A stretch of 64,000 bases of DNA from Candidatus Methanosuratincola verstraetei (lineage in GTDB: Archaea; Thermoproteota; Methanomethylicia; Methanomethylicales; Methanomethylicaceae), in assembly GCA_049570475.1 (NCBI GenBank), contig CP186953.1:800001-864000 (forward strand), read 5' to 3'. Positions 62,779 through 64,000 of this stretch are shown one piece after another. The notes under the pieces are model-generated. The model did no database searches. It saw only the letters and a program-made list of their open reading frames with translations, and was not told where the DNA came from. The stretch's first letter is position 1. Every line of letters starts with the position of its first letter. The translations under genes and the position numbers were made by a program.

Positions 62779-63150
62779 GTGTTCTCAACCGTCGGGCAGT
62801 TGCCATACGTCCTGGTCGCAATAATGGCTTCGATATGCATCTATGCCGCCCTATTCAAGTCCAACCTCTTCAAGAAGATGCTTGCCATATTCCTCATGAC
62901 GGACGCCGTGAACCTCTTGTTCATCATCCAGGGGTACAGGCTTGGGAATGCTATACCCCCAATTATCCCTCCGGGAATGGATCCGTCTGAATTTGCCTCA
63001 ATAGCCGTCGATCCGCTGGCGCACTACTTCGTCGTCACGGCTGTTGTAATCGGTCTGGCCGAGGTCGCAACCCTGACCGCCCTAATCATCTACACATACA
63101 AGCACTACGGTACGATCGAGACAAAGAAGATCAAGGAGCTGAGAGGATGA
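62779..63150 (+). CDS. MrpC/MbhG subunit
   Basis: NLFKK, AVNL, VDPL....VVTAVVIG. Confidence 0.9.
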   Translation: MFSTVGQLPYVLVAIMASICIYAALFKSNLFKKMLAIFLMTDAVNLLFIIQGYRLGNAIPPIIPPGMDPSEFASIAVDPLAHYFVVTAVVIGLAEVATLTALIIYTYKHYGTIETKKIKELRG

Positions 63151-64000
63151 ACCCCCTGCTGTTCCAAGCGCCCATACTGGCCATGTTGCTATGCCTGCTG
63201 GGCTCCTTCCTCTGTGTGCTGCTTGGCATGATCATGGGCAGGCGCGCAGTCGAGCTGCTGTCCGGTGCCATGACCGCGACCACGGTACTTCTTTCATCTC
63301 TTGCCCTCATAAACGTCTACTTGCTTGAGGGCCCTTATGTCTACTACATGGGAGGGTGGCCTCCCCCCGTGGGGATCCCTTATGTAATAGACCGTTTTTC
63401 AGTGCCGCTTTCGCTAGTGGTCTCCGTGATATTCTTTGCAACCATGGTCTACTCGGTGCGTTATTTGGAGAAAGACAGGGACGTAAAGTGGTACTACTCG
63501 CTCAGGTTCCTGATGCAGGCCGGGATGTACGGGCTGCTATTCACGGGAGACATGTTCCACATATTCGTCATGCTAGAGCTGATGGGGCTCTCTGCGATCC
63601 TCCTCGTCCCATTCCGAAAGGAGGTAAAGGCTGCTGTTGAGGCTGGGATAAAATACGGGATATACGACATACTCGCGATCTCGATATACTACCTCTCCAC
63701 CGCAATGATATTCGGAATGTTCGGGAGCATGACGATCGCCGAGATATCTGCGAAGCTTGGAGGTTATGTTTCGCCATTCTCTGGCGGGATGTTTGCTGAC
63801 CCGTCCGCTTTGCCAGTTATCGTCGCGCTGGTCGTCTGGTCCTTCGCGATAGGTGCAGCCATCGTACCGCAGCATTTCTGGCTGCCTGATGCCCATAGCA
63901 TGGCCCCCAGCTCGATAAGCGCAATCCTCTCAGGCCTCTTGGTACAGGTCAACATAGCTGTGCTCGCAAGAATACTATACGATGGGTTCGCAGCAGGATC
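63147..64000 (+). CDS. MrpD/MbhH-like antiporter subunit (partial, runs off the window)
   Basis: ATG overlaps the previous stop; YYMGGWPPPVGIPYVID, TGDMFHIFVMLE, HFWLPDAHSMAPS; absent from the ORF track because it is unterminated. Confidence 0.9.
   Translation, partial: MNPLLFQAPILAMLLCLLGSFLCVLLGMIMGRRAVELLSGAMTATTVLLSSLALINVYLLEGPYVYYMGGWPPPVGIPYVIDRFSVPLSLVVSVIFFATMVYSVRYLEKDRDVKWYYSLRFLMQAGMYGLLFTGDMFHIFVMLELMGLSAILLVPFRKEVKAAVEAGIKYGIYDILAISIYYLSTAMIFGMFGSMTIAEISAKLGGYVSPFSGGMFADPSALPVIVALVVWSFAIGAAIVPQHFWLPDAHSMAPSSISAILSGLLVQVNIAVLARILYDGFAAG

Overview
Core-genome segment of a TACK-type archaeon. The 16S-23S operon has no spacer tRNA and the 5S gene is unlinked. Gene content (DUF2117, nickel ECF transporter, FrhB-like protein, Mrp/Mbh-type complex) fits Methanomethylicia/Verstraetearchaeota, but that is inference. 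The window is rich in RNA genes: 16S, 23S, 5S, RNase P RNA, SRP RNA and 8 tRNAs, 4 of which carry BHB introns (tRNA-Trp has two). It also holds many translation and RNA-modification genes (tiaS, tsr3, aRF1, pelota, NMD3, aIF2-beta, pheST, tyrS, hisS, metG, NcsA, MtaB, endA), a nikMNQO transporter, proBAC, mmsA and the start of an Mrp/Mbh-like membrane complex operon. I found no CRISPR array, integrase or transposase. The most interesting signals are non-coding. (1) A ~540-nt minus-strand region (15395-15935) folds into at least seven helices and matches no RNA class I recognise. (2) Two H/ACA-like guide hairpins lie between pheT and tyrS, one complementary to 23S helix 69. (3) An H/ACA-like K-turn hairpin sits in the pre-rRNA 5' leader and may guide the 16S h31 uridine. 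(4) Helix 30 (ES9 region) of 23S is expanded. (5) The tRNA-Trp intron keeps a vestigial C/D guide. On the protein side, the MbhH/MrpD-like subunit lacks both canonical lysines. All RNA folds were derived by eye, not computed.
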